In this document: positions 1 through 9,368 of the stretch, in pieces
Numbering within the stretch: position 1 is the first letter of the stretch
Layout: every line of letters begins with the position of its first letter
From: a virus
Length of the DNA: 64,000 bases
IMG/VR virus record: IMGVR_UViG_3300045988_162908
Direction: 5' to 3' (one strand)
Translations under genes and position numbers: made by a program
Notes under the pieces: generated by a model
The model's input: only the letters and a program-made list of their open reading frames with translations
The model's database searches: none
Told to the model about the DNA's origin: nothing

Positions 1-67
1 GTATATCGGTGATAATATCGTTGCCTCTGCCAACTTCTCTCTTGGGCAGAGTGGTGAGGGTGTTGTA

Positions 68-3000
68 ATGGCGTACAAAAATGCTCCGTCTCAACCTTCA
101 AAACCAACTGTTGAAGACTTGTCTCAGCTATCTGACGGATGGTCTCGCACACCTCAGAAAGGTGGGTCTTATAACAAGGTGAGCAACATCAGCTACGGAA
201 ATTACAGCGTCGATAATACTACGAGCGGATATAGCACCTCGGAGTGGTCGGAAGTTTCCGATAGTGGAGAAACATGGCGAAAATCTCCTTCTGGGCTGTC
301 TGATAACTACGGATGGGCAATAATGAAAGTATCATTTTCTACGAATGTAGATAATTCGGACGTTAAAGTTATTATTAAGGCTTATTCCGAGGGCAACTAT
401 GACTTCATTCAAGTTCATGCACTTGATACGGAGATAACAGGTTCAAGCAGCCTTCGGAAGACGGGTGTAGCGTATACATCAGGCAACAGCGTAGAGGATT
501 CGTATTCTTACCACGTGGCAACGGCAGGACAGCATTTCTTCTATGTCTCTTATTGTAAGGATAGTAGCGGTAATGCTAACGGAGACTATGGTTTATTCCG
601 CTTCGACCTATCCGATAATCTCGTCTCTATGCCATCAACGGTATGGATGAGTCAGGCTGTGCTGAAAGACGGGAAGGCTGTACTTCCTTGGTCAACACCT
701 GTACAGATAACAGGCGATGATGCCTATCGAGTAGAAGTTTCTCCATCCACTCTCGTTTTCGATACAAACGAAAATGGTCTTGTTGACTCTGCTACATTAA
801 GCGGTAAATATGCGACTGTGACTGTCTATAAGGGCAATCAGAAGATAAGCGCAGACAACCTCTCTCTGCCAAGCAATTACGCAACGAAAAAATGCACAAA
901 CGTAGATGGCAAAATATCTAATGTCAATGGAGAGGCAAGAATTACTATTGATAGAATAGAACAGGAAACTATTAGCGGAGACGAAAAAGTCAGCAAGTCA
1001 AGCGGACAGATTTCCTTCCCTATCGACGTGTTTGGAGAGCGAAGTACTCTTATGTGGGTTACGGTAAACGTGCAAGTCAACGTTTCTAAGTTCACTGGTT
1101 CTGTAGCATTTGACAATAAGGGCTACAAGGCACAATTTGATGAATTGTCAAAGAATGCTGCAACTAAAAACGAGCTGACCCAAGCAACGTCGAAATTTGA
1201 ACAGACGGCAAGGGAAATCTCACTTTCTGTGAGCGAAAAGTCGATAGCGAGACGTAACCTTCTCGTGGGGAGTGCATTCCAGCGTGATGATAATAACGTC
1301 GAAATATCTGATGGCGCAAGAATCGAGATGAACTCGGGTTATCAGGGCACGAATTGCATTCATATCATTGACGAGACTGACAGGACACCACACTATCTTG
1401 GTGCGTTTTGGGATGGTTCACAGGGTGGTAAGAGTATCGAGATAACAAAGGGCAAGAAGTATATTATATCATGCTGGTATATGACCAATGATGTGAATGG
1501 ACACCTTTATCTTAAAGCGCTTTATACGGACAAGCAGACAAATGCAAAAAGGCAAGGAGGTCCAAACTATCTCTCACCAAGCGCTTTCACTGTTAAAAAG
1601 GTCAATGAATGGGAATTGTTCACAGCGGTTATAGATACAACCGATGCACAATATAATTATCTCGCCTTTAACTTTTTTGAGTCTTGTAATGGCAAATTTG
1701 GTCGCATTGAAGCTTGGATTTGCAGACCGATGGTCGAGGAAGGTGATACTTACAACGGCTGGACGCTATCACAAAACGATTACGACATCATCGGTGCTAA
1801 CTTGATTGACAATTCAAGGACGCTTGATGCAGGTGGTAATGTGCTGGAAGTGAAGGGTCAGAAAGCTCTTGTGGGCGATGCTTATGAACTCACATATATA
1901 GGCTCTGACGACTACAATACATTCTATCGAATAAAAGGCAGCACCTTCCAGCTCGGCGTAGATTATACTATCAGCTTCGAGGTAAGAGGCGATGCTGAGT
2001 ATATGGGTGTATATGCCTATTATCCTATCACAAACACCAAGTTCACTTTTTACGCAGAATCGAAGAATGGTGCAATGACCGAAGTGACAGATGGCGGAAA
2101 GGTTGATAATTATGTTGCTTTGATTCAAGTAAAAGAGCTATCTAAGCAGCAGAGGGTGTGGAGTCATTTTCGATTCAAGGACAGACTTCCTGATCATATC
2201 TACTTCCTGTTCCCAAAGAATGCGCAACAGACTGGCGTAACGAGCTGGAGTGTGGCCATCACGAAGCCGAAAATCGAGGTGGGCGCAGTCGTTACTGAGT
2301 ACACTGAGCGCAAGAGCGACCTTGTGGATAAGGCAAGCTTGAAGGCAGCAGGTATAGAAATTACGAGCGACCAAGTTACCTTGTATGGCAATCAGATACA
2401 CGTAAAGAAGAACAAGACTGATGCAAACGATACAGTGCTTATCGACAACGAGACAGGCCAGGTGTCGGCAGGGCTGATAAATGCTAATAAAGTTGTAGCG
2501 GATGGTATTAAAACGCAGGACCTTGAAGCGCAAAATCTGAATGTGACAGGTAATAGCCGACTTGGAATCTTTCGGATAAAGACATCGGGCGCAGACGAGA
2601 GGGACCAATATACCATAGCTGGCGATATGATTACATACAGCGGAGATTATAAATTCCCTGACGGAACAACGACTATTACTTCTGATGACGGTTTAGCCTA
2701 CTTGATGTACAAGCCTTTGTTCATCAGACAAGGTGCCCCTGATGCGGGTAAGTATATGAGACTCGGAAATTGCTACACAGAATGGGACGATTCCGGATTT
2801 GGTTTTGACCATAGTTATCTATTCAATGGTGCGTCGGCGAGATATGTATGCGGCGGAGTAGAATCTGAGTGTAAAAAGTATGTCCTGCCTACAGATCTGA
2901 CTTACAACGCTAATTATTTCCCAGTCTCGTACATATATTCCATTAAGTCCTCTCCGAATGACCCTGCTTTCGCCATCAATGTGCAAAAGGCAGAAAACAC

Positions 3001-3364
3001 AACAGGTGAGCGAACGGCTATACAGACAAACGGCGCTATACGAGGAGTGTTAGCACCAAACACAGAGATTATTAGTGATACTCAGCAAATATTAAACGGC
3101 GTCGGAATCGTTATTTGCACAAATCCTTCTGATATGACGTTAACACTTCCTGCCAATCCTGTTGATGGTCAGACGATGATAATTATTCAAGGTAATGACA
3201 AAAGGGTATATATCGTTCCTCCTAAAGGCGATACGATATATTGGGGTGGTCAGACGAGATACGATACCGGCAATAGATTCTATTCGGGAACGATAGGACA
3301 GTTTACTATCCTTGTTTTTATCCGTGGGGCTTGGCAACTGCAATTCATGAATTATCGTCCATAA
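68..3364 (+). CDS. large tail-fibre / receptor-binding-like structural protein (1098 aa)
   Basis: Uninterrupted 3.3-kb ORF, S/T/N/G-rich. Two internal segments resemble carbohydrate-binding jelly-roll modules (RRNLLVGSAF..., GANLIDNSRT...). It lies directly 5' of the DGR-diversified fibre gene. The frame is open from nt 2 to the ATG at 68, so the true start may lie upstream of the window. Confidence 0.55.
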   Translation: MAYKNAPSQPSKPTVEDLSQLSDGWSRTPQKGGSYNKVSNISYGNYSVDNTTSGYSTSEWSEVSDSGETWRKSPSGLSDNYGWAIMKVSFSTNVDNSDVKVIIKAYSEGNYDFIQVHALDTEITGSSSLRKTGVAYTSGNSVEDSYSYHVATAGQHFFYVSYCKDSSGNANGDYGLFRFDLSDNLVSMPSTVWMSQAVLKDGKAVLPWSTPVQITGDDAYRVEVSPSTLVFDTNENGLVDSATLSGKYATVTVYKGNQKISADNLSLPSNYATKKCTNVDGKISNVNGEARITIDRIEQETISGDEKVSKSSGQISFPIDVFGERSTLMWVTVNVQVNVSKFTGSVAFDNKGYKAQFDELSKNAATKNELTQATSKFEQTAREISLSVSEKSIARRNLLVGSAFQRDDNNVEISDGARIEMNSGYQGTNCIHIIDETDRTPHYLGAFWDGSQGGKSIEITKGKKYIISCWYMTNDVNGHLYLKALYTDKQTNAKRQGGPNYLSPSAFTVKKVNEWELFTAVIDTTDAQYNYLAFNFFESCNGKFGRIEAWICRPMVEEGDTYNGWTLSQNDYDIIGANLIDNSRTLDAGGNVLEVKGQKALVGDAYELTYIGSDDYNTFYRIKGSTFQLGVDYTISFEVRGDAEYMGVYAYYPITNTKFTFYAESKNGAMTEVTDGGKVDNYVALIQVKELSKQQRVWSHFRFKDRLPDHIYFLFPKNAQQTGVTSWSVAITKPKIEVGAVVTEYTERKSDLVDKASLKAAGIEITSDQVTLYGNQIHVKKNKTDANDTVLIDNETGQVSAGLINANKVVADGIKTQDLEAQNLNVTGNSRLGIFRIKTSGADERDQYTIAGDMITYSGDYKFPDGTTTITSDDGLAYLMYKPLFIRQGAPDAGKYMRLGNCYTEWDDSGFGFDHSYLFNGASARYVCGGVESECKKYVLPTDLTYNANYFPVSYIYSIKSSPNDPAFAINVQKAENTTGERTAIQTNGAIRGVLAPNTEIISDTQQILNGVGIVICTNPSDMTLTLPANPVDGQTMIIIQGNDKRVYIVPPKGDTIYWGGQTRYDTGNRFYSGTIGQFTILVFIRGAWQLQFMNYRP

Positions 3365-3382
3365 TAAATTTTATATAAGCTT

Positions 3383-6184
3383 ATGAAAAAAATAGTGAAA
3401 GGAAATGACTTCACGCTGCGAATCCCAGTGATGAAGATGGTAGAGGGGACAGCTCAGGCTTTCCCTCTGCCAGCCTGTACCGACGTGCTGGTACAGGTGT
3501 GTAATCAGTTTAGGCGCATCCCTCTTGCATTTGAGATTGATGTAAAGGAGGACAATGTTCTCCTTGCGAGAGTAGAGGGTGACAAGATGAGCCTCGGAAC
3601 TTACGCCATCGAGGTAAGGGGCAAAATCTTCGGCAATGACTGGCGAAGCAACGAATATCCTCAGTTTTCCATTGTAGCTAAGAATGCCGATGCTGATACT
3701 GAATTTGGAGAGACTGACGAGGGCGATAATAGCGTGGAGATGGATACCGCTATAGTCATCCTCCCTCCTTCCGTGGAATTGTCTGACCTCATCAATAAGG
3801 CGAATGATGCTCTCAAAACCAACAAGGAGACAAACGATACCCTCAATACTAACGAGGAAGCACGTAAGGAAGCAGAGGTGAAACGAGTATCTGCCGAGTC
3901 TGAGCGAGTATCTTCCGAACAGACGAGAGTATCTGCTGAGGATGCTCGCATGACGGCAGAGACCAGTCGTGTAAATGCGGAATCCGACCGAGAGCGAGCG
4001 GAAGATGCTCGTACCCAAATCGAGATTGAGCGACAGGCAAATGAACTTACACGCAAGGATAACGAGGCGAAGCGTATCAATGCTGAAACATTAAGGAACA
4101 ATGCCGAGAAGTTGCGTGTCTTGCAAGAGAATGAGCGCAAGGGTAACGAGGACGTTCGTAAGTCAGATGAGGATGCACGTATCAAGGCTGAAAGCGCACG
4201 TAGCAAGGCTGAGACCAAGAGAGAGGAAGATTTCTCTGCATCAAAGGAAGCCGCTGACAACGCAACCGAAAAAGCTTTATCTACTTATTCCCACCCTCCT
4301 TATGCTGATAGCGATGGTTTCTATTACAAGTGGAATCCTGACACGCAGAGTTACGACAAGACGGATGTGAACTTGAAGGCGCAGCCTAGCAAACCAGCCT
4401 TTGTCTTCAAGTCGGTTGAAGAAATGGAGACTACGGACATAAATAACTTCGACCTGTATGATTATGTTATCATCAATACCGACGATACAGAGGATGAGGA
4501 CAATGCGAAGCTGTACCTCATAGACAAGAACGAGGATGGCACAAAATATTACCATTACCTTGTTGATATGAGTGGTTTCCGTGGATTTGCTGGCAAGACA
4601 CCTCAAATCTCCATCGGAACGATTACCACCCTACTTCCTAGCGAGAAGGCTAGTGTAGCCATGACCAGCGACGGTATGGATGAGCAAGGAAACCCCAAAT
4701 ACGTCATTAACTTCGCTATTCCGCAAGGACGGAAAGGCGATAAGGGTGATTCATTTTCTTACGCTGACTTCACGGCAGAGCAAATCGAGGAGCTACAAAA
4801 ACCTGCTACTGATGTTATTGCAACACTTGGTCAGACCAAGGTGGATTGTGAGAATGCTACAAAGGCAGCAAACGATGCTGCTTCTGACGCTACCGTAGCT
4901 AAGACCAAGGCAGAGAACGCTGCTTCTGGGGCAGAGAAGTGTAACGTCATCCTTGAAGGCTCTACTATCTCTGTGACCAACAGACACGGAGAAACCGAGT
5001 CGGTAGATGTTATTAATACCGACGAGGAAGTAACCGTTACCATCGCCTCTTCTGTGGAATCTATCAAGGTGGCAGGCATTAAGATTAATGTGTTCCTCAA
5101 TAACGGAAAGACACCTCAGAGCTATACCACCAACGCAGAGGGTAAGGCTACATTCACTATTTATCGAGGAAACTACTATCAGGTCGTATTCCCTGAGTAT
5201 GGCAATGCGCAGCCTATCGCTCCTCAAGGCTATACAGCAGTATTGGGCAGTCGTAATATCAATGTAGAATATCTGCCTTACGATGAAGACAGTATGGAGA
5301 AGGCGATTATCACGGTTACTAAGTACGATAATAACGTGGGGACGGCATGGGAAGGTATTCCTGTTGTTGTGACCGTTGACAGAAAAGATACCACCTATCA
5401 AACTGACGCAAAAGGTCAGGTAACGGTATTCGTACCATATAAGAAGGAATATACTGTAAGAATTGATAATCAGGATGGCTATAACGTTAGCTTTAACAAA
5501 AATTCAAGAACCAATACCGCGAATGTTCCTCAGAGACTTATCGACTACAGGTTCTATCAGTTTAAGGCAGGTATTTTTGTAGTAGATATTGACAAAAATG
5601 AGTACTACATCGAGGACTGGGTAGCAGCAGGCAAAACCGCTGATGATGCGGTAGCTATCAAGGTGGCGGATGCCTCATTATTAGTCAATCATGGTACTTT
5701 CTGTATCCGTACAAGTGACATTAAGAACGTGTCGCAGTTGGTCAGTAAGCCATGGTGTACACAGAACTTGCAGTTCGATTCTATTGCGCTGAATGGTAAT
5801 AATGTAAAAGATGCAAATTACTACAACGGAGAATCTTCATCATACCTTATCAGACAGGAGGCTCAGGAGCGAAGTTTATCTGTGCCAGCTTTTGATTATG
5901 CCTACGATCAGATATTCACAATCGGTGATGAAGAACTTCATGGATTTGTCATGTCGGTTGGTCAGGAATACGTACATGTAGCCAATATCGGTATCATCAA
6001 ACAGGTGTTGGAAACCCTGTATGGCGAAGAAGTAGCTACTAATTATTACGACTTTGTGATGAAGAAATACAGATGGACTTCTACGCAGGGCAGCGCTACG
6101 AACGCTTGGACCTTCAGTAGTAGTGCAAGCAACTTCTACTCCAAGTGGTACGGTTCCGTGGTCCTGCCAGTTTACGCTTGTTAA
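3383..6184 (+). CDS. DGR target protein: tail-fibre-like, with coiled coil, two prealbumin/Ig-like repeats and a C-terminal variable domain
   Basis: 933-aa ORF. Residues ~150-290 are a charged AE..R-type repeat coiled coil. Two NAEGKATF / DAKGQVTV beta-sandwich-like repeats follow. The last 33 codons carry the VR, which matches the downstream TR with adenine-only substitutions. Confidence 0.85.
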   Translation: MKKIVKGNDFTLRIPVMKMVEGTAQAFPLPACTDVLVQVCNQFRRIPLAFEIDVKEDNVLLARVEGDKMSLGTYAIEVRGKIFGNDWRSNEYPQFSIVAKNADADTEFGETDEGDNSVEMDTAIVILPPSVELSDLINKANDALKTNKETNDTLNTNEEARKEAEVKRVSAESERVSSEQTRVSAEDARMTAETSRVNAESDRERAEDARTQIEIERQANELTRKDNEAKRINAETLRNNAEKLRVLQENERKGNEDVRKSDEDARIKAESARSKAETKREEDFSASKEAADNATEKALSTYSHPPYADSDGFYYKWNPDTQSYDKTDVNLKAQPSKPAFVFKSVEEMETTDINNFDLYDYVIINTDDTEDEDNAKLYLIDKNEDGTKYYHYLVDMSGFRGFAGKTPQISIGTITTLLPSEKASVAMTSDGMDEQGNPKYVINFAIPQGRKGDKGDSFSYADFTAEQIEELQKPATDVIATLGQTKVDCENATKAANDAASDATVAKTKAENAASGAEKCNVILEGSTISVTNRHGETESVDVINTDEEVTVTIASSVESIKVAGIKINVFLNNGKTPQSYTTNAEGKATFTIYRGNYYQVVFPEYGNAQPIAPQGYTAVLGSRNINVEYLPYDEDSMEKAIITVTKYDNNVGTAWEGIPVVVTVDRKDTTYQTDAKGQVTVFVPYKKEYTVRIDNQDGYNVSFNKNSRTNTANVPQRLIDYRFYQFKAGIFVVDIDKNEYYIEDWVAAGKTADDAVAIKVADASLLVNHGTFCIRTSDIKNVSQLVSKPWCTQNLQFDSIALNGNNVKDANYYNGESSSYLIRQEAQERSLSVPAFDYAYDQIFTIGDEELHGFVMSVGQEYVHVANIGIIKQVLETLYGEEVATNYYDFVMKKYRWTSTQGSATNAWTFSSSASNFYSKWYGSVVLPVYAC
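6082..6176 (+). repeat. DGR variable repeat (VR)
   Basis: 95 nt aligning to TR 6772-6863. There are 9 substitutions, every one at a TR adenine, plus one 3-nt length difference. The 3' block GTGGTCCTGCCAGTTTACG is identical in both. Confidence 0.85.
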
Positions 6185-6298
6185 TCTCTTTATCTCTTCA
6201 AAATCTCTTCCTCTCTCCATGTAAGCAGCGAGCAGGCAGCGAGCAATGAGCAGGGAGGAGGGATATAAGAGCAATTTTTAATTTCATTCCCTTAAAAA

Positions 6299-6916
6299 AT
6301 GGCATTTACAGAGGATTTGTACATATATAAAGATACGCTACTCTTGTGCAAGATATTACTCAAGTATAGTAATAGCGTGAGTAGAACCGTCAGATTTACA
6401 ACCTACAATGAAGCGGTCGTCAAGTCTTGTACAGCTCTTGACTTGGTTAGGAGAATTAATGAAAGTTGGGAGAATAGAGAGGAGCGTATGCACGATTATA
6501 TTCTGCTTATGTCGGAAGTTAAGTCAAGGATCAGCCTCCTCACGGATGCCGAGTTCTTAAACAAGAAACAGGCAACTAACCTTAATATGATGTCAGACAA
6601 GGTACTGAAGGAGGTGTACGGCTGGCGGAAGTCTGAGCGGAAGCGCAAAGGCGAGAATTGCAGAGTCAACGACAATGCGAGAGTGCCGTCACTGGATGTG
6701 ACAAGGGGTACAATCACGCAACTCACTTATGTGAGAAGTGAGCAGACTGAAAAACAGAGAATGTACCGAGATACGCAGAGCAGCGCTACGAACGCTTGGA
6801 ACTACAGTAGTAGTGCAAACAACAACTACAAGTGGAACAGTTACGTGGTCCTGCCAGTTTACGATTATCCAACAGTGACGAATGCCTCTGTATTTGCTAT
6901 TTTTAAAGGGATATGA
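6299..6916 (+). CDS. avd: Avd-like DGR accessory protein; the ORF reads on through the TR
   Basis: The first ~125 aa are helical and end in a basic GWRKSERKRKG tail, like four-helix-bundle Avd proteins. The position between target gene and TR/RT is canonical. There is no stop until 6916 because the TR is stop-free in this frame. The stop overlaps the RT start (ATGA). Confidence 0.6.
   Translation: MAFTEDLYIYKDTLLLCKILLKYSNSVSRTVRFTTYNEAVVKSCTALDLVRRINESWENREERMHDYILLMSEVKSRISLLTDAEFLNKKQATNLNMMSDKVLKEVYGWRKSERKRKGENCRVNDNARVPSLDVTRGTITQLTYVRSEQTEKQRMYRDTQSSATNAWNYSSSANNNYKWNSYVVLPVYDYPTVTNASVFAIFKGI
6772..6863 (+). repeat. DGR template repeat (TR)
   Basis: 92 nt homologous to the VR. It is adenine-rich at the diversified codons (AAC AAC AAC TAC AAG TGG AAC AGT TAC) and lies 50 nt upstream of the RT start. 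Confidence 0.85.
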
Positions 6917-8079
6917 AATTTGAAAGAGAATATGTTACGATAGAAGAGGTGTATGCCGCCTATTATGACTGCTGCAAGCATAAAGGTTCAACACCAGGTT
7001 GCATCGAATATCAGATGAACTACATTGCGAATAATTATCAGCTATATATCGAACTCAACTCGATGATATATGAGATAAGTAAGAGCAAGGCGTTTTGTGT
7101 GACGAGACCAAAGCTCAGGGAAGTGTTCTGTGCAGATTTCCGTGACCGCATCATTCACCATCTGCTTGCTATCAAGTTCACGGATATACTCGAAGGCGAA
7201 ATGACAGATAAGGCGTATGCCTGCCGTAAGGGTAAGGGAACTGGTTATGGTATCGCTGATGTCAAGAAGCAAATAAAGCGAGTGAGCGATAACTATACTA
7301 AGGAAGCATGGATATTGAAAGGTGATTTACAGGGCTTCTTCATGAGCATCAATCGTTTACTCCTTTACGACCTCTTCGAAAAGGCCATCAGAAAAAAGTA
7401 TCATGGAAGTGATATAGAATGGTGGCTGTGGCTATGGAAGAAAGTCGTCTTACATGACCCGACAAAGAACTGTGTTCGAGTAGGCGATTTGAGCTTGTGG
7501 GATAAGCTTCCTGCTAACAAGTCGCTTTTTACCTGCGGTGAGGGCAAGGGACTCCCGATCGGCAACCTGCCATCGCAATTACTTGCCAACCTTCTGCTAT
7601 CTCGATTCGATAAGCTGATGATAGAGCGAGTGGGCGAAGATGGTGGATATGGCAGATATGTAGATGATTTTGTGGTTATCGGTAGGGATAAAAAGTTACT
7701 CCTGAATATTCTGCAAGAGGCAAGGAACTATCTGTTAGAAGAGCTTGGTCTTACGTTGCATCCTCATAAGGTTAGCCTACAGAGAGCAGCGAGTGGAGTG
7801 AGGTTCACGGGCGTATTAATTCGTCCAGGCAGGACACTTCCAAACCAACGAACGATAGAACATCTATATGACGTGATTGATAGGTTCGGGATGGCGCCCA
7901 ACCCTGAAGGTGAAGTATTACAGAGGTATGCAAACCGCATCAACAGTCTGATGGGTATGCTTGCTCATTGCAATACTTATAACATTAGACGAAAAGCGTG
8001 GACTATGATGCCGCACAAAGACAGAGTTTTCTGCATAAATATGAAGAAAATTAGAATAATGAATAAATATAAAATGTAA
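6913..8079 (+). CDS. DGR reverse transcriptase
   Basis: 388 aa with RT motifs LKGDLQGFF, GLPIGNLPSQLLANLLL (the IGxxxSQ signature of DGR RTs), YGRYVDDFVVIG and LTLHPHKV. It lies adjacent to the TR. Confidence 0.9.
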   Translation: MKFEREYVTIEEVYAAYYDCCKHKGSTPGCIEYQMNYIANNYQLYIELNSMIYEISKSKAFCVTRPKLREVFCADFRDRIIHHLLAIKFTDILEGEMTDKAYACRKGKGTGYGIADVKKQIKRVSDNYTKEAWILKGDLQGFFMSINRLLLYDLFEKAIRKKYHGSDIEWWLWLWKKVVLHDPTKNCVRVGDLSLWDKLPANKSLFTCGEGKGLPIGNLPSQLLANLLLSRFDKLMIERVGEDGGYGRYVDDFVVIGRDKKLLLNILQEARNYLLEELGLTLHPHKVSLQRAASGVRFTGVLIRPGRTLPNQRTIEHLYDVIDRFGMAPNPEGEVLQRYANRINSLMGMLAHCNTYNIRRKAWTMMPHKDRVFCINMKKIRIMNKYKM

Positions 8080-8085
8080 AAGATT

Positions 8086-8676
8086 ATGAAAAAAATTAAT
8101 TTTATCAAGGCCTTTATCCCTAAAGGCGATTTTAGTGAAAAGTATGAGCATGGAGGAATAATGGTTCGCCATCTTGCTGCTGTGCTTGACGAAAAAATGG
8201 GAGCTTACGAATGCTACGAGTGTACCGTTCCTATCGGTGAGTACGATGAAAACGAGGTTCAGAAGGCATTTGTTGAGTTTTCGGCTAAGATGAATGCCTT
8301 GGATCTCGAACAGGCAAAGGCTGATAAGATAGCAGAAATCACAGCCTACGACAAATCCCCTGCTGTCAATGCTTTTTACCTTAACGGAGAACAACATTGG
8401 CTCGACTTTAATTTAAGAGACCGAGTATTTGATGGTAATGAGAGAATTGCTTATAAGGGTCGAGAAGAGACGAGCCTTTGGCTTGATGGAAAGTGTTTTG
8501 TCATGCCTATCACAGTAGCTCAAGACCTCATCTGTACTATTGAGGTGTATGCTAAGGATTGCTACAATGTGACCGCTACTCATCAGGCAGAGGTCAATAA
8601 GCTGACAACCATTGAGGAGGTAGAGGCTTATAACTATAAGACGGGTTATCCTGAAAAGCTTAATCTCAAAGTGTAG
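8086..8676 (+). CDS. hypothetical protein, possibly fibre-associated (DUF4376-like C-terminal half)
   Basis: 196-aa ORF starting 7 nt after the RT stop. The C-terminal pattern (LEQAKADKIAEI...VNAFYLNGEQHWLD...YAKDCYNVTATH) recalls a domain common next to phage fibre genes. Recognised from memory only. Confidence 0.4.
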   Translation: MKKINFIKAFIPKGDFSEKYEHGGIMVRHLAAVLDEKMGAYECYECTVPIGEYDENEVQKAFVEFSAKMNALDLEQAKADKIAEITAYDKSPAVNAFYLNGEQHWLDFNLRDRVFDGNERIAYKGREETSLWLDGKCFVMPITVAQDLICTIEVYAKDCYNVTATHQAEVNKLTTIEEVEAYNYKTGYPEKLNLKV

Positions 8677-8768
8677 CATCATTTTCCCATCATCGGGAAA
8701 AATGATAGCACCATTTTCCTGATGTCACGAAAATGGTAAGACCATTTTGTTGACGTCGATAAAATGGT
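8677..8768. repeat. three phased inverted repeats (CATCATTTTCCC/GGGAAAAATGAT; ACCATTTTC/GAAAATGGT; ACCATTTT/AAAATGGT)
   Basis: Hairpins or dyads at 8677-8706, 8710-8737 and 8741-8768. Their centres are ~31-32 bp apart. They lie between the DGR block and the lysis-like genes. Confidence 0.6.
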
Positions 8769-8801
8769 ATTAATGTGTAACTAATTAAATTTCTAAAGAT
8801 T

Positions 8802-9368
8802 ATGTATGTATTAAGTATGATTTCTTTCCTTCTGTGGGCAGGATTTCTCTTGCTCGCAGCCATGCGGTTCGGCATTCCCGACATGATGAGTGATGTGTAT
8901 TACCAGTTGCAGAGGTGTACGGGCAGTGAAGTGATAGGCGATAAGCGTAAGCGAAATTATGGATGGGTATTTACCGCTGTCATGGTGGCGAGTGCGATAC
9001 TGATGCTCATCCCTATGCTCGACTCTGGCAAGGGAATCCAATGCCTTTCCTTTTTGGGGTGCGCAGGACTGATGTTCGTAGGAGCTGCACCCAACTATAT
9101 TGACAAAGATACCATGCCCGTCCATAAATGCGGTGCGATCGTGGCAGCCATCGGGTGCGTAGGCTGGTGTATGAGCGTGAATATCCTTCCTACGGCCATC
9201 CTTGCAGTGATGCTTCTGCTCACCCTTTGGATTTTGAATAAGCAATGGGAATACTGCCTTGTAGATCGTGATGGACGTGAGCCGGAAATGCACTTGCATC
9301 CCTGGTATTGGATAGAGATAGCGGGTTTCCTTGATGTATATCTCACATATTGGTTGTGCGTATGCTGA
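8802..9368 (+). CDS. multi-pass membrane protein (lysis-cassette neighbour)
   Basis: 188 aa with 5-6 hydrophobic segments. Its end overlaps the next small membrane ORF. Confidence 0.55.
   Translation: MYVLSMISFLLWAGFLLLAAMRFGIPDMMSDVYYQLQRCTGSEVIGDKRKRNYGWVFTAVMVASAILMLIPMLDSGKGIQCLSFLGCAGLMFVGAAPNYIDKDTMPVHKCGAIVAAIGCVGWCMSVNILPTAILAVMLLLTLWILNKQWEYCLVDRDGREPEMHLHPWYWIEIAGFLDVYLTYWLCVC

Noticed and set aside
3661-5401. Long minus-strand ORFs (3661-4260, 4793-5401; likewise 38572-39306 and 61635-62243 opposite large genes)
   Set aside because: These are shadow ORFs lying entirely inside long, motif-bearing genes on the other strand. They have low-complexity or serine/arginine-rich translations and no upstream promoter or motif.
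6913-8079. The RT as a retron or group II intron reverse transcriptase
   Set aside because: An adjacent TR/VR pair has adenine-only differences, an Avd-like gene is present, and the IGxxxSQ motif points to a DGR. There is no intron RNA domain structure, maturase or endonuclease domain, or msr/msd-like inverted repeats.
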